From positions 13,369 through 77,368 of the forward strand of contig CAZESD010000002.1 in assembly GCA_964514945.1 (NCBI GenBank): 64,000 bases of DNA, read 5' to 3'. Origin of the DNA: Candidatus Hadarchaeota archaeon (GTDB lineage Archaea; Hadarchaeota; Hadarchaeia; Hadarchaeales; Hadarchaeaceae). Below the pieces are notes generated by a model. It had not been told where the DNA came from. It saw only the letters and a list, made by a program, of their open reading frames with translations, and searched no databases. A program made the translations under genes and the position numbers. Shown here in pieces: positions 38,750 to 48,627 of this stretch (position 1 is the stretch's first letter; each line of letters begins with the position of its first letter).

Positions 38750-40051
38750 GTGAAAATTGCGGTTATCGCTGACACTCACCTGGGGACGAAGTGGGGGACC
38801 CCGCGGGAACAAGATTCTTTCGAGCAGGCTAGGGAGATCATCGAGCAAGCGCTTGAACTTGGTGCGGAACTCATTCTCGTGCTCGGCGATATTTTTGATA
38901 TGAGAACTCCCCGCCAAGAAGTTTGGGCCCAAGCCATGCGCATTCTCTCAATTCCACTAGCAAAGGGACGGAACGAGATCACGCTCAGCCGTGTTATAGA
39001 CAAAAATCAGGATGATTTCTCCCCAGTGGCGCTCCGCGGGACACCCGTAATCGCTTTACACGGAAATCACGAGCGGCGCACCCGAGGATTCGTTAACCCT
39101 GTAGAGGCTCTTGAAGCTGCGGGTCTCCTCATCCACCTGCATCACAACACGCTGGTTTTTAACACCTCAAGTGGCACGCTAGCGATTCACGGCATGAGCA
39201 ATGTGCCCGAGCAACATGCAAAAAATGTGCTCGCTACCTGGAACCCCAAGCCTGTGGAAGGTACGTTCAACATCATGATGCTTCACCAATCTGTAGGACA
39301 GTACGTGTACTCGAGCGAGGAGTTCCCAACGATCGACCTCGCGGACCTGCCGTCCGGGTTTGACCTCTACCTCTGCGGACACATTCACTATCATGCAGAA
39401 GCTACCGCGCACGGGAAGCCATTACTCTTTCCAGGGAGCACCGAACGGACCCAGCTGCTTCAAGTGGAGGCCGAGGTGCCAAAGGGGTTCTACATGCTCG
39501 ACCTCGATGACAGACTCAGCTACGAGTTCATCGAGCTTAAAAGTGCGCGAGATTTTTACTATGAGGAAATGAAATTCGAGAGCGTTGGGATCCTTCAGTT
39601 GAGTGAGGCGGTAAGAGCAAAGGTACGGGAGCTGCTGGGGCGACCCAGGCGCAATTTCGAGAAGCTCCCCCTGATCAGGCTGAGGCTCACGGGGACTCTC
39701 TCAAAAGAGGCATCGCGCAGCGAGTTCGACGAGCGATCGATCATTCAGGAGTTCGCCGATCGAGCGTTGGTCGCTATAAGCAAGGGCGACCTCACCTCCC
39801 CAGGGCTCGAGGAAAAAGTGCAGCTCCTGCGCAAGTTGAGGGAGCGACGCTTGCCCATAGATGAGATGGCGATGGGTCTGCTTGAGGCAAACCTTCGCGA
39901 GGTTAGTTACGACCAACCGTTCGATGTACGCGTACTCTACAATCTTTTGGTTGAGGACAGGGCCGAGGAGGCGCTTCAAAAGGTGTTTGATGTGGTGGAA
40001 GAGCAGGTCAAAACTGAGCTGGAGAAAAAATCAGATGATAACCCAAGTTAA
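38750..40051 (+). CDS. mre11: Mre11 double-strand-break repair nuclease (calcineurin-like phosphoesterase)
   Basis: AVIADTHLG, GDIFD, LHGNHERR, GHIHY. Confidence 0.85.
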   Translation: MKIAVIADTHLGTKWGTPREQDSFEQAREIIEQALELGAELILVLGDIFDMRTPRQEVWAQAMRILSIPLAKGRNEITLSRVIDKNQDDFSPVALRGTPVIALHGNHERRTRGFVNPVEALEAAGLLIHLHHNTLVFNTSSGTLAIHGMSNVPEQHAKNVLATWNPKPVEGTFNIMMLHQSVGQYVYSSEEFPTIDLADLPSGFDLYLCGHIHYHAEATAHGKPLLFPGSTERTQLLQVEAEVPKGFYMLDLDDRLSYEFIELKSARDFYYEEMKFESVGILQLSEAVRAKVRELLGRPRRNFEKLPLIRLRLTGTLSKEASRSEFDERSIIQEFADRALVAISKGDLTSPGLEEKVQLLRKLRERRLPIDEMAMGLLEANLREVSYDQPFDVRVLYNLLVEDRAEEALQKVFDVVEEQVKTELEKKSDDNPS

Positions 40052-42437
40052 ACTAAAAAATTGGAAGTCGCACCGCAACACCGACTTGCATTTTGGCGAC
40101 GGCACGAATGTTCTCGTAGGAACCATGGGTGCTGGAAAGTCCGCAGTATTGGATGCGATTACCTACGCTCTCTTTGGGACCCTGCCGGCGGTGCAGACCC
40201 GACGCATCAGGCTCGAGAACCTCATAATGAACCGACCTGACACGATGGATCGAGCAGAGGTCGAGGTTAGATTCCTCACACCTAACGGCGACGAATTTAC
40301 GGTCAAACGTGTCATCGAGCGGGGGAAGGGGACGGTGCTTTCGGAACTTCGGAAGGCTACCGGGGAGTTGGTCGAGAGCCCAAGTGCGACGCGCGTGAGC
40401 GAGAACATCCACTCCCTCCTCAAACTCGATTACGATCTCTTCGAGCGAGCGATTTACGCGGAACAAAATCGTTTGGATTATTTCCTGACCCTGCCGCGCG
40501 GCAAACGAATGGAAAGCATCGATGAGCTTTTGGGCATAAACAAACTTGAGCTGGCACGCAAAGAAATCGGATCGCTCACGAATCGCGTCCGAGACCGCAC
40601 TGAGGAACGAAAGAGGACCATAAGCCAGCTCGGACAGGACGTTTCGCTAGCTCTCTTGCCGACCCACGAGCAGGAGATGAAGGATATTGAACTCTCGAAG
40701 CAGGAGACCCAGAGGAGGCTTCAGCAAATTCAACCAGAGCTGGAGGCGACCTCCTCCCAACTTCAGCAGTTACGCAAAACCGAGCAGGAACTCGCAAGGT
40801 TGGAGAGCTCATCCCGAGAAGTCGATGGGGCGATAAACGCGTTGGATCGTCAAATCGAGCAGGTCAAAGGGAGGTTAGGGGCTGCTGTCAGGTTTGCTCC
40901 CGAAGAACTCAAGCGACGGGTGGCAGATCTTGAACAGGCCTGCCGCAAGACCGATGCCCGGGCGAGCGAGCTCAACTCTAATTTAACTACTAGCAGTTCG
41001 AGAGTGCGGGAATTAGAAACCAAGATAGGGATGATTCATGAACGCTTGGAAAGGCTCGCGAGCGAGATAGAACGGAAAAACAAGTTGAGTGAGGAGTTGG
41101 AAAAATTAAGATCACAAGAACTGGCGAAGCTGATTGAAGAACTGCAGCTCAAGTCTAGACGCGCTGGCGATGAACTTGCAGCTTCTCATGCCCGAGCGCA
41201 GGATCTTCGGCAGGTAATGGATGAACTTGCAGCAGCTGGTTCAACATGTCCAGTCTGCGAAAGCCCCCTTGAGGAGGGTAAAAAGCAGCAATTATTGGAG
41301 GAGCGCAGGGGACAGCTCGAGGCGAAAATCAAACGCGCAGCCGAACTTGAGGCACACGTGAAAGAATTAAATAAAAATTTGAATGAGAAGCTCAAACTTC
41401 AGAGGAGAGCCCAGTTATTGGAGAAGGAGATCGAGGAGCTTCCTGCGCGAGAGGCGGAGCGTTCTCAGCTCTTCCAACAAATTCAGAATTTGGAACGGGA
41501 ACTTCCAAACGTGCGGGAAGCAACAAGAAAGCTCACGATTGAGGTTGAGGGGACACGCAAGGAAGCGGAAACGCTCCGTGGGCAATTCACCGCGACCAAG
41601 CAGTCACTTCAGCTGAGGCTTGACTTGGACCAGCTCGAGATCGAGCGCAAGCAGAAGTTTACTGAGCAATTACGTGTACAGCGCGAGCTACAACAGTTGA
41701 GGCGCGCCTACGACGAGGCACGAGCGAAAGAACTCGAGCGCCACCACGAGGAGCTCATTCGCATTCACGAGCGTTTGCGCACCGAGCTCGTCGGGAAAGA
41801 ACAGTTAATCGTGGAGAAGCGGAAGCTCATCGAGAGCATTCGGGAAAAGCGCGAGACGATTATGCGATGTGAGGTGGAGGTCAAACATCTGGAAAACGCA
41901 GCGAGGAGCCTGACCACAATTCAAGCCGCGCTCGCGCGAACCCAAGTGGCTATGCGCAGGGAATTCATCGATGGGGTTAACGAGGCGATGAGCGAGCTCT
42001 GGGAGAGCATCTACCCTTACGGAGATTTAACAGGCATTAAGCTCGCTGTTGAGGGGGGCGAGCGGGGAAGCGATTACGTGCTGCAGCTCCGTGATCGCGC
42101 TGGAAACTGGATTCCGGTCGAGGGGGTCGCGAGCGGGGGTGAACGCACCGATGCCTGCCTAGCACTCCGGATAGCGTTCGCGATCGTGCTAGTGCCCACA
42201 CTCAGCTGGATCGTGCTCGATGAACCGACGCACAACCTCGATGAGGAGGGCATTCAGGAGCTCGCGAAGGTCCTGAGGGAGCGCCTTCCCGAGATCGTGC
42301 AGCAGATAATAATCATAACTCATGAACAGCGGTTGGAGGAAGCGGTGAGTGGTTACCTCTATCGTTTTTCACGGAACAAGGACGCGGATGAGCCGACGAG
42401 AGTCGAGCGAGTAACAGTTCCCGAGAGATTTGATTGA
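40035..42437 (+). CDS. rad50: Rad50 ATPase (SMC-like)
   Basis: Walker A GTMGAGKSAVLDAI; long coiled coils; zinc hook CPVCESPL; signature SGGE; Walker B VLDEPT; 17-nt overlap with mre11. Confidence 0.9.
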   Translation: MITQVKLKNWKSHRNTDLHFGDGTNVLVGTMGAGKSAVLDAITYALFGTLPAVQTRRIRLENLIMNRPDTMDRAEVEVRFLTPNGDEFTVKRVIERGKGTVLSELRKATGELVESPSATRVSENIHSLLKLDYDLFERAIYAEQNRLDYFLTLPRGKRMESIDELLGINKLELARKEIGSLTNRVRDRTEERKRTISQLGQDVSLALLPTHEQEMKDIELSKQETQRRLQQIQPELEATSSQLQQLRKTEQELARLESSSREVDGAINALDRQIEQVKGRLGAAVRFAPEELKRRVADLEQACRKTDARASELNSNLTTSSSRVRELETKIGMIHERLERLASEIERKNKLSEELEKLRSQELAKLIEELQLKSRRAGDELAASHARAQDLRQVMDELAAAGSTCPVCESPLEEGKKQQLLEERRGQLEAKIKRAAELEAHVKELNKNLNEKLKLQRRAQLLEKEIEELPAREAERSQLFQQIQNLERELPNVREATRKLTIEVEGTRKEAETLRGQFTATKQSLQLRLDLDQLEIERKQKFTEQLRVQRELQQLRRAYDEARAKELERHHEELIRIHERLRTELVGKEQLIVEKRKLIESIREKRETIMRCEVEVKHLENAARSLTTIQAALARTQVAMRREFIDGVNEAMSELWESIYPYGDLTGIKLAVEGGERGSDYVLQLRDRAGNWIPVEGVASGGERTDACLALRIAFAIVLVPTLSWIVLDEPTHNLDEEGIQELAKVLRERLPEIVQQIIIITHEQRLEEAVSGYLYRFSRNKDADEPTRVERVTVPERFD

Positions 42438-42757
42438 TCGACGTTATCCTTAAGCGCACGCCCGAACTTGCCCTGCAACAACTCGCTGAAAACCTTGAGT
42501 TCCTCGCGCAGAATTTTCGCCGTACCCACTTTGTCCACGCTTGAGGCGAGAGAAATGAGCTTGTTTAGGTTGTGGTTACAGGGGTGTGTTTTCTCACGCT
42601 TCAGCCATGCGTGGACGGCCTGCCGGGTCACGCCCAGAGCAGCCGCCAACTGGACTGTGGACCAACCGTTGCGGAGCAGGAGCTTGATAAGTTTCGCCCT
42701 TCCACTTCGGCTCACGAATTCGCTTAGCCCGTCACGTGGACCCATCTTCCCGCCCAA
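42359..42757 (-). CDS. HTH DNA-binding protein
   Basis: WSTVQLAAALGVTRQAVHAWL; its 3' end is convergent with rad50 and overlaps it. Confidence 0.45.
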   Translation of the reverse strand: MGGKMGPRDGLSEFVSRSGRAKLIKLLLRNGWSTVQLAAALGVTRQAVHAWLKREKTHPCNHNLNKLISLASSVDKVGTAKILREELKVFSELLQGKFGRALKDNVDQSNLSGTVTRSTLVGSSASLFREKR

Positions 42758-42792
42758 GCTTTGGGTGGAAGTTCTTTATAAGAGGAAAATAG

Positions 42793-43022
42793 TGTCAACT
42801 CCCCAGTTTACACGCGCGCCAAGTTCCCATTTAACAAAATTTGAACGAATCTCCTTTTGACGGGACAAGCGATGGATTTTTCTTTGTCAACTCCCCAGTT
42901 TACATCCTCGTGCTGGCCTCCCGATGTTGTCAACTCCCCAGTTTACACGAAAGAAGTGTAAAATATCATTTGACATACTTAGTGGCAAGATATCTAAGAT
43001 TTGTCAACTCCCCAGTTTACAC
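42793..43022. repeat. Four direct 21-nt repeats TGTCAACTCCCCAGTTTACA(C/T) with irregular spacing
   Basis: Copies at 42793, 42885, 42928 and 43002; the spacers are 71, 22 and 53 nt long. Confidence 0.7.
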
Positions 43023-43048
43023 AATTTGTAAGTCTCCATGCACCAGAC

Positions 43049-43570
43049 TCAGGCCTTGGCGATCTCGAATATCCTCACGGTCACGGGTATCCTTACGGTC
43101 ACGGGTACGGCTACGTTCTCCCTGCCGGCCATGGTCAGGCGCACTTCACCCTGCCTGGTGAACTGTTTCACTCCAGCTCCTGGCATCGCCGCATCGCCCG
43201 GGTACACCTGAACCCACTCTCTGCCCTCGTTCTCGTTCACCAGCCTCACCATAACCCCATACCCGGACGGACGGAGGTATTCTAGAACGTTTTCCATAGC
43301 TGAGCGCAGGTGGGGCTCGGGCACGACTGGTTCTTCAAGCAGGAGGTTCTCGGCAGCTGCACGCAGAAAGCTCATGCTGTACGGCTCGACCCAGGCGAGC
43401 TCCAAGGTCATGTACAAATGTTCGCTCTTGAGCTCAAGTTGGCGATCGGTGGCCGCCCGGAGTGGCCTCAGGCTATAGGCGTGCATGAACACCGCGGCGA
43501 GGACTAGCATTACAAACATGAATGCGATTGCGAGAACATCTGCAACGCCGTGATCGTCTAAGCGCGCCAT
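43049..43570 (-). CDS. Pilin-like protein
   Basis: VLAIAFMFVMLVLAAVF. Confidence 0.45.
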   Translation of the reverse strand: MARLDDHGVADVLAIAFMFVMLVLAAVFMHAYSLRPLRAATDRQLELKSEHLYMTLELAWVEPYSMSFLRAAAENLLLEEPVVPEPHLRSAMENVLEYLRPSGYGVMVRLVNENEGREWVQVYPGDAAMPGAGVKQFTRQGEVRLTMAGRENVAVPVTVRIPVTVRIFEIAKA

Positions 43571-43992
43571 GCAATCACACCTAACTTGGCTGGTAGGAAC
43601 CGGCCGTTCTCGTAGAGGGCGCATGCCACCGCCAACGAGCACCTCGCCCTATCATCGGGTGGGGCTGAACCGTAGGATTTAGGAACGCACTCGCCCCCAG
43701 CCTCGTAGCTCATGGACACCTGAAAATCGTAATTCTCTCCACCGATCAGTTGCCTAGTTTGGAGGTTATCGAGTTTCGCGGGGTCGAGGGCGTACATGTG
43801 TAGCTTACCATCGTTGTCTACGTATGCCAGCTCCTCCACAGATAGACGGATGACGATCGCAGAGGTAGCATCGCTGAGTTCCGCGAGTGCGGAAATTGAA
43901 CGGTATTGTTGGTATGCAGAGACGGTCACGAGTAAAAATGAGATTACGAGAATGCATGTGGCGAGCGTTTTCAAGATTTGCGTTAATATCAC
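43558..43992 (-). CDS. Pilin-like protein
   Basis: LATCILVISFLLVTVSAY. Confidence 0.5.
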   Translation of the reverse strand: MILTQILKTLATCILVISFLLVTVSAYQQYRSISALAELSDATSAIVIRLSVEELAYVDNDGKLHMYALDPAKLDNLQTRQLIGGENYDFQVSMSYEAGGECVPKSYGSAPPDDRARCSLAVACALYENGRFLPAKLGVIAWRA

Positions 43993-44342
43993 TCGCCCAC
44001 CACCACTGAATTATCTCTAATTTTTATGATTAATCGGTGGAAACCCTCGCCCAGCGTGTGACCGACGAGAGGTAGCGGGTACTCGTTTTCGGGGAGCGTG
44101 AAACCATTGATACTCAAGCGTTGGTTTTCAAACCTGAGTTCATAGCCGGGGGGTATGATGATCTCAACAGTACGATTGTCTCCATACGTGATCGTGGTCA
44201 AAATACCTTGGTTCAACTCGAGCGCGGCATCTCTCGCTCCACGTTCCCGGTCGAGGCCTTGAAGGAACTGGTAACCTAATATGAATATCGAAACCACGAA
44301 AGCCGCAAGTATCACTAGTGCGAGGGTTCTGAAAGCTGGCAT
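43989..44342 (-). CDS. Pilin-like protein
   Basis: LALVILAAFVVSIFILGY; 4-nt overlap. Confidence 0.5.
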   Translation of the reverse strand: MPAFRTLALVILAAFVVSIFILGYQFLQGLDRERGARDAALELNQGILTTITYGDNRTVEIIIPPGYELRFENQRLSINGFTLPENEYPLPLVGHTLGEGFHRLIIKIRDNSVVVGE

Positions 44343-44347
44343 CCTTT

Positions 44348-44815
44348 CTAGTCTACGATCGTCAGCTCAAATGTTGTGCTCTTTGTGGTATCGTCTTCGC
44401 CTGTCCCGCGGATAGTTATCGTAGTGGTGCCGAACGCAGTATTGTCAACGCTTATGGTCATGGTCGAACCGAACTCCGGGATGCCACTCTGGGGGGAGAA
44501 ACTTACGTTTACTCCTGTTGGCATTCCAGTCGCGCTGAGCGTCACCTGCTTGTCGTAACCCAGCACCGGTTGGACGGTGACTTGTGCAGTAATCGTGTTC
44601 TTGCCAGTAGTTGGTATTCCAATCGTTGCGCTCGTGGGCGAAACGTTTACGCTGAAGCTAAGCGTCTGCTCTGCGCCCATACCCGCCTGCTGGTAAAGCG
44701 CCACTCCTATGCCCAGTCCCACCGCAAGCAAGATTATGCCAGCCATGATTTTCATCACGATCGGCTCGACTCCGGCTTCATCCTCCAATAATCCCTTCAT
44801 CCTACTCACCTCCAT
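44348..44815 (-). CDS. Pilin-like protein (Flp/TadE-like)
   Basis: IVMKIMAGIILLAVGLGIGVAL. Confidence 0.5.
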   Translation of the reverse strand: MEVSRMKGLLEDEAGVEPIVMKIMAGIILLAVGLGIGVALYQQAGMGAEQTLSFSVNVSPTSATIGIPTTGKNTITAQVTVQPVLGYDKQVTLSATGMPTGVNVSFSPQSGIPEFGSTMTISVDNTAFGTTTITIRGTGEDDTTKSTTFELTIVD

Positions 44816-44887
44816 AGCTTAGATGCTATTCACTTTTAAAGTATTAAGTTAATAATGCTTGCTCGTAGAATATAATTTGACGGAGCT

Positions 44888-45667
44888 GTGAGAAGTTTGG
44901 CCAAAAGGAAGAAACGCGCGGCTGGGCGAGGCTATTTGAAATGGGCCATAGTGGTGCTGCTCGTCTGCGCTGCCATATTCTTCGTAGGCGATTGGTATTC
45001 AAAATACATAACCCGCATCGGGGTGATCCGCGTGAGCGGGAGCATCGACGACTTCACTTATGCAAATCAGGCATATGGTGCGCTTAGTGATCCTAACATC
45101 AAAGCTGTTATCGTGGTCGTCGACAGCTCAGGTGGAACGGTACAAGCGTGCTTTGAGGCCGAGGCTGCGTTCAGAGAGTTAAACAGGGAAAAGCCAGTGG
45201 TTGTGACGATGGAGGAATATGCCGCATCCGGGGCTTATCTCATCTCGACGGCGTCCGACTACATCTTCGCGCGCAGTGCCACGGTTACCGCGGGGTTGGG
45301 CGTCATCGCGATTTGGGTCAGCTACGAAAACAAGTTGAAAGCGGAGGGTATCGATTACTACGTGTGGAAGTCAGGGGAGAGCAAGGACCTAGGTGCGGAG
45401 TATCGTCCCCCCACCGAAAATGAAAAAAAAGAGATGCAAAGTTATGTAGATAATCTAATGTCCGAAATGGTGGCGCGTATTAAAACGAACCGTCCCCAGG
45501 TCACAAACACTATCGATGAGCTAATGGACGGATCTACCCTCTACGGCTCGGAGGCCCTGCCCTATAAACTGGTGGACGAAATCGGGATTTATGAAGATGC
45601 TGTAAAAAAGGCGGCCAAGCTAGCTGGCCTAGCGGAAGGCTCCTACACCGTTGTCGGGCTGACGTAA
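44888..45667 (+). CDS. sppA: Signal peptide peptidase SppA (S49 family)
   Basis: IRVSGSI, VVVDSSGGTV, YAASGAYLIS. Confidence 0.75.
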   Translation: MRSLAKRKKRAAGRGYLKWAIVVLLVCAAIFFVGDWYSKYITRIGVIRVSGSIDDFTYANQAYGALSDPNIKAVIVVVDSSGGTVQACFEAEAAFRELNREKPVVVTMEEYAASGAYLISTASDYIFARSATVTAGLGVIAIWVSYENKLKAEGIDYYVWKSGESKDLGAEYRPPTENEKKEMQSYVDNLMSEMVARIKTNRPQVTNTIDELMDGSTLYGSEALPYKLVDEIGIYEDAVKKAAKLAGLAEGSYTVVGLT

Positions 45668-45893
45668 TTAGACAGTTCCATGCTGGTAAGTTGTGTCAGG
45701 TAAAGGAGTAAAATTAGTCGGGCAGGGAATTTACAGACGAGTGTTTAAGGCCAAAATTTCGTATGTGTATTTAGCTATTTGATATTTAATGAAAGTTTGC
45801 TTTGGGATGTATATACGTCGGGGCATCCTGCGAATTATAAAAAAGAAAAAAATGGGGGTTGCGTTTTGCCCCCATTGTCCTGTTTTTATGCCG

Positions 45894-47603
45894 CTATGGT
45901 ACCGTTATACTATCTTGCGTCTCAACGTTTGCTTCGGGGTCGTATGTCCACCCTTCTTTGACGATATTATCTACCACGAAAGTGAACGTCGTCCCACTCG
46001 GGGCCTTCTTTATTGAGTCAGATTGTAAGCTCCATCTCTCTACTATCCCATTGTTATCTGATACTCCAGAATCGGAATCGGAGGTTGCATTCTCCCAGTG
46101 ACCATACAGCGTGGCAGCCTCAACTGGATTGTTACCGGCATCTTGGATAGTCACCTCTGCCATAGCGTTTGTGTTTACGCCAAGAGTTTGAAGAAACATA
46201 TCGATGTTGGCGACGTGCATAACCGTTGCCCCCGCTTCTTGTGTTGTGAAGCTGTACTCAGAACTTTCGGAACTGTTGTTGCTCGGGTCTGTGCTCTTGA
46301 CGACGTAATAGTAAGTCGTGTTTTCTGTCAGGTCGGTGAGTCCGATGCTGTGCGACGTTACGTAAGCTGAGTCGTATTTGTTATCCGTGTAATTCCCTGG
46401 TGAAGTGCCATACTTGACCAAGCTGTCCGCGATTTCATCCGTGTCCCAAGTGATGGTTGCTGAATTGCTCGTTATGGCTGATGAGGCGACATTCTCTATG
46501 GTGGGCGGCGTTGTATCTGGTGTCGTGGTGGTGAATGTGTAATACGACCCGTTATTGTCGTCGACTGCAGTGTTTGAACTCGAGTCCGTCGATTTCACCT
46601 CATAATAATACGTTGTAGATGCGGAAAGTTCCGTGAGAGTTATTGAGTGGCTCGTGACCATCGTTGCATCCGATTCCGTACTGCCCAAAGCCGTAGTGGT
46701 TCCATAATTAACCACACTATCGCTGAGTTCATCCGTATCCCACGTGATTTTTGCACTTGAACTCGTGATTTCCGAAGAAGCCACGTTCGATATCACCGGC
46801 GGCGTGTTATCCGGACCCGCAGTGCTCATTTCTTCTATCATTGCCCAGGTCAGACGATCTGCCGTGTCGTCCCAATTCTCATTTTCTATGGCACCAGTGA
46901 TAATGTAGCTCGTACCGGCCACTCCGTGGTCTTTGAACATCGGCCATACGTTCTCGTAGTCGGATTTCCAGCAGTCGTCGAAGGTGAAGACCACCATCGC
47001 CTTGCCTTGCTCGGCAGTGCTCCAGTAGTCGTACGCCTCCGCTATCGTTACTATCTCTAATAGACCAGCATCCTGTTTTCCAACGGCATAGTCCAACGAT
47101 TGATGAAGCTTTTCTGGCGTGCAACCATAATTGCTGGGGTTCGCGCTCACATCGTGAGTCAATATAACCAATAGCGCAGCATCCGCCACACAGTCGTCTA
47201 TCCATCCTTGGATTTTGCCCAATGGAGTGGAGCGTTTTAATTGAGCACCCTTCAGTTCATACCAGTTTGTTATGGGATATGTACACATAAAACCCCATAC
47301 CATTCTACCACTGAGTCGATACTCCGCAAGTACTGCTTCGACCTCGTCGCCATAACCTCCGAAAGGATACGCGTGGTGTTTTGGAGTGGCGTAACCATGT
47401 GCTGTAAACGCAGCGTCCACAGCCTCCAATTCCGCACGAATTTCATTCTCGGTTAATTGAGTCAAATTTGCGTGGGTGTGCGTGTGACACTCGAAATTCC
47501 AAACTGTACTCCCAGGATCGGCGGATATTGGCTCAGCAACTTCTAGCACACCAATAACCCCTGCAACCAGCATTGCAATCAAAACAAGTCCAGCCCATTT
47601 CAT
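45894..47603 (-). CDS. Secreted polysaccharide deacetylase with a circularly permuted NodB domain, followed by two FN3 domains
   Basis: Signal peptide; HTHTH (NodB motif 2) and HHAYPFGGY (motif 3) come before FTFDD (motif 1); two repeats of ITWDTDE...YYYEVKSTD. Confidence 0.7.
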   Translation of the reverse strand: MKWAGLVLIAMLVAGVIGVLEVAEPISADPGSTVWNFECHTHTHANLTQLTENEIRAELEAVDAAFTAHGYATPKHHAYPFGGYGDEVEAVLAEYRLSGRMVWGFMCTYPITNWYELKGAQLKRSTPLGKIQGWIDDCVADAALLVILTHDVSANPSNYGCTPEKLHQSLDYAVGKQDAGLLEIVTIAEAYDYWSTAEQGKAMVVFTFDDCWKSDYENVWPMFKDHGVAGTSYIITGAIENENWDDTADRLTWAMIEEMSTAGPDNTPPVISNVASSEITSSSAKITWDTDELSDSVVNYGTTTALGSTESDATMVTSHSITLTELSASTTYYYEVKSTDSSSNTAVDDNNGSYYTFTTTTPDTTPPTIENVASSAITSNSATITWDTDEIADSLVKYGTSPGNYTDNKYDSAYVTSHSIGLTDLTENTTYYYVVKSTDPSNNSSESSEYSFTTQEAGATVMHVANIDMFLQTLGVNTNAMAEVTIQDAGNNPVEAATLYGHWENATSDSDSGVSDNNGIVERWSLQSDSIKKAPSGTTFTFVVDNIVKEGWTYDPEANVETQDSITVP

Positions 47604-47825
47604 ATGTATTCATCCTCTTTTTAAGTTGGTTTAAAACTCCGCAAGTGAGGTTATCCATCCTACTTGTTTCATTGTAAAAGCACTAAAGTTCATTGTAATA
47701 CTTAAAGATTGTGGCTCTGAGCGGGCTATATTTCATGTTTTTTCACCAAATATGGTAATTTTGATGAAAAACGTGCCAAAGTCAACTTTTTAAGCTCAAT
47801 AAGTTTAATTTTAAAGGGAGTCTTC

Positions 47826-48563
47826 ATGACCTCGGCATTAGTAGAAATGAAAAATATCCACAAGCGGTTTGGAAAGGTTCATGCGCTGATAGGCGTTGAT
47901 TTTTCCGTAAACCCCTCTGAAATTGTGGGGTTGGTAGGAGATAACGGCGCTGGGAAAAGCACATTGATTAAAATCCTGACGGGAGTTCTTTCACTAGATG
48001 AAGGAGAAATACATTTCAACGGAAAAAAAATTAAATTCTCCTCCCCAAGAGAAGCGAGAGATAATGGGATTGAAACAATATATCAAGAGCAAGCATTGGC
48101 GGATGATTTAAGCGTGACAAGAAACCTGTTTATGGGAAAAGAGCTACAAAAATCCATAGGCCCTATAAAACTTCTCGATCATAAAAATATGAAAAAAGAA
48201 AGCGAAAATATATTGAGTGGACTTGGTTTAAGTATATCGTCCATGGACCAAGAGACTAGGTTTTGCTCTGGAGGAGAAAGACAAGGGATAGCAATAGCAA
48301 GAGCGATGTATTTTAAGGCTAAGCTTGTCATATTGGACGAACCAACAAGAGCCTTAGGAGTTGCCGGAGTTCGGCGAGTACTGGAGCTCGTCAAAGAATT
48401 GAAAAGCAGAGGGATTGCAAGTATTTTTATAACTCACAACCTTCACCATGTGTACCCTGTCGCGGATAGATTTGTTATTCTTGTTCGGGGAAAGAAAGTA
48501 GGAGATAGCTTGAAAAAGGATACTTCGGTAGATAAACTCACCGAGCTTATGATTAAAAGATAA
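47826..48563 (+). CDS. ABC transporter ATP-binding protein
   Basis: GDNGAGKSTL, signature CSGGERQ, ILDEPT. Confidence 0.85.
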   Translation: MTSALVEMKNIHKRFGKVHALIGVDFSVNPSEIVGLVGDNGAGKSTLIKILTGVLSLDEGEIHFNGKKIKFSSPREARDNGIETIYQEQALADDLSVTRNLFMGKELQKSIGPIKLLDHKNMKKESENILSGLGLSISSMDQETRFCSGGERQGIAIARAMYFKAKLVILDEPTRALGVAGVRRVLELVKELKSRGIASIFITHNLHHVYPVADRFVILVRGKKVGDSLKKDTSVDKLTELMIKR

Positions 48564-48627
48564 ACCAGTTAAATTAGAACTTTTAGTCGAAATTGTTGGG
48601 TTGCCGGAACTCACGACAAAAATCTAT

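Noticed and set aside
42793-43022. Possible CRISPR array
   Set aside because: There are only four repeats of 21 nt, and the spacer lengths are very uneven (71, 22 and 53 nt). No cas genes are nearby, and the position fits a promoter or operator.
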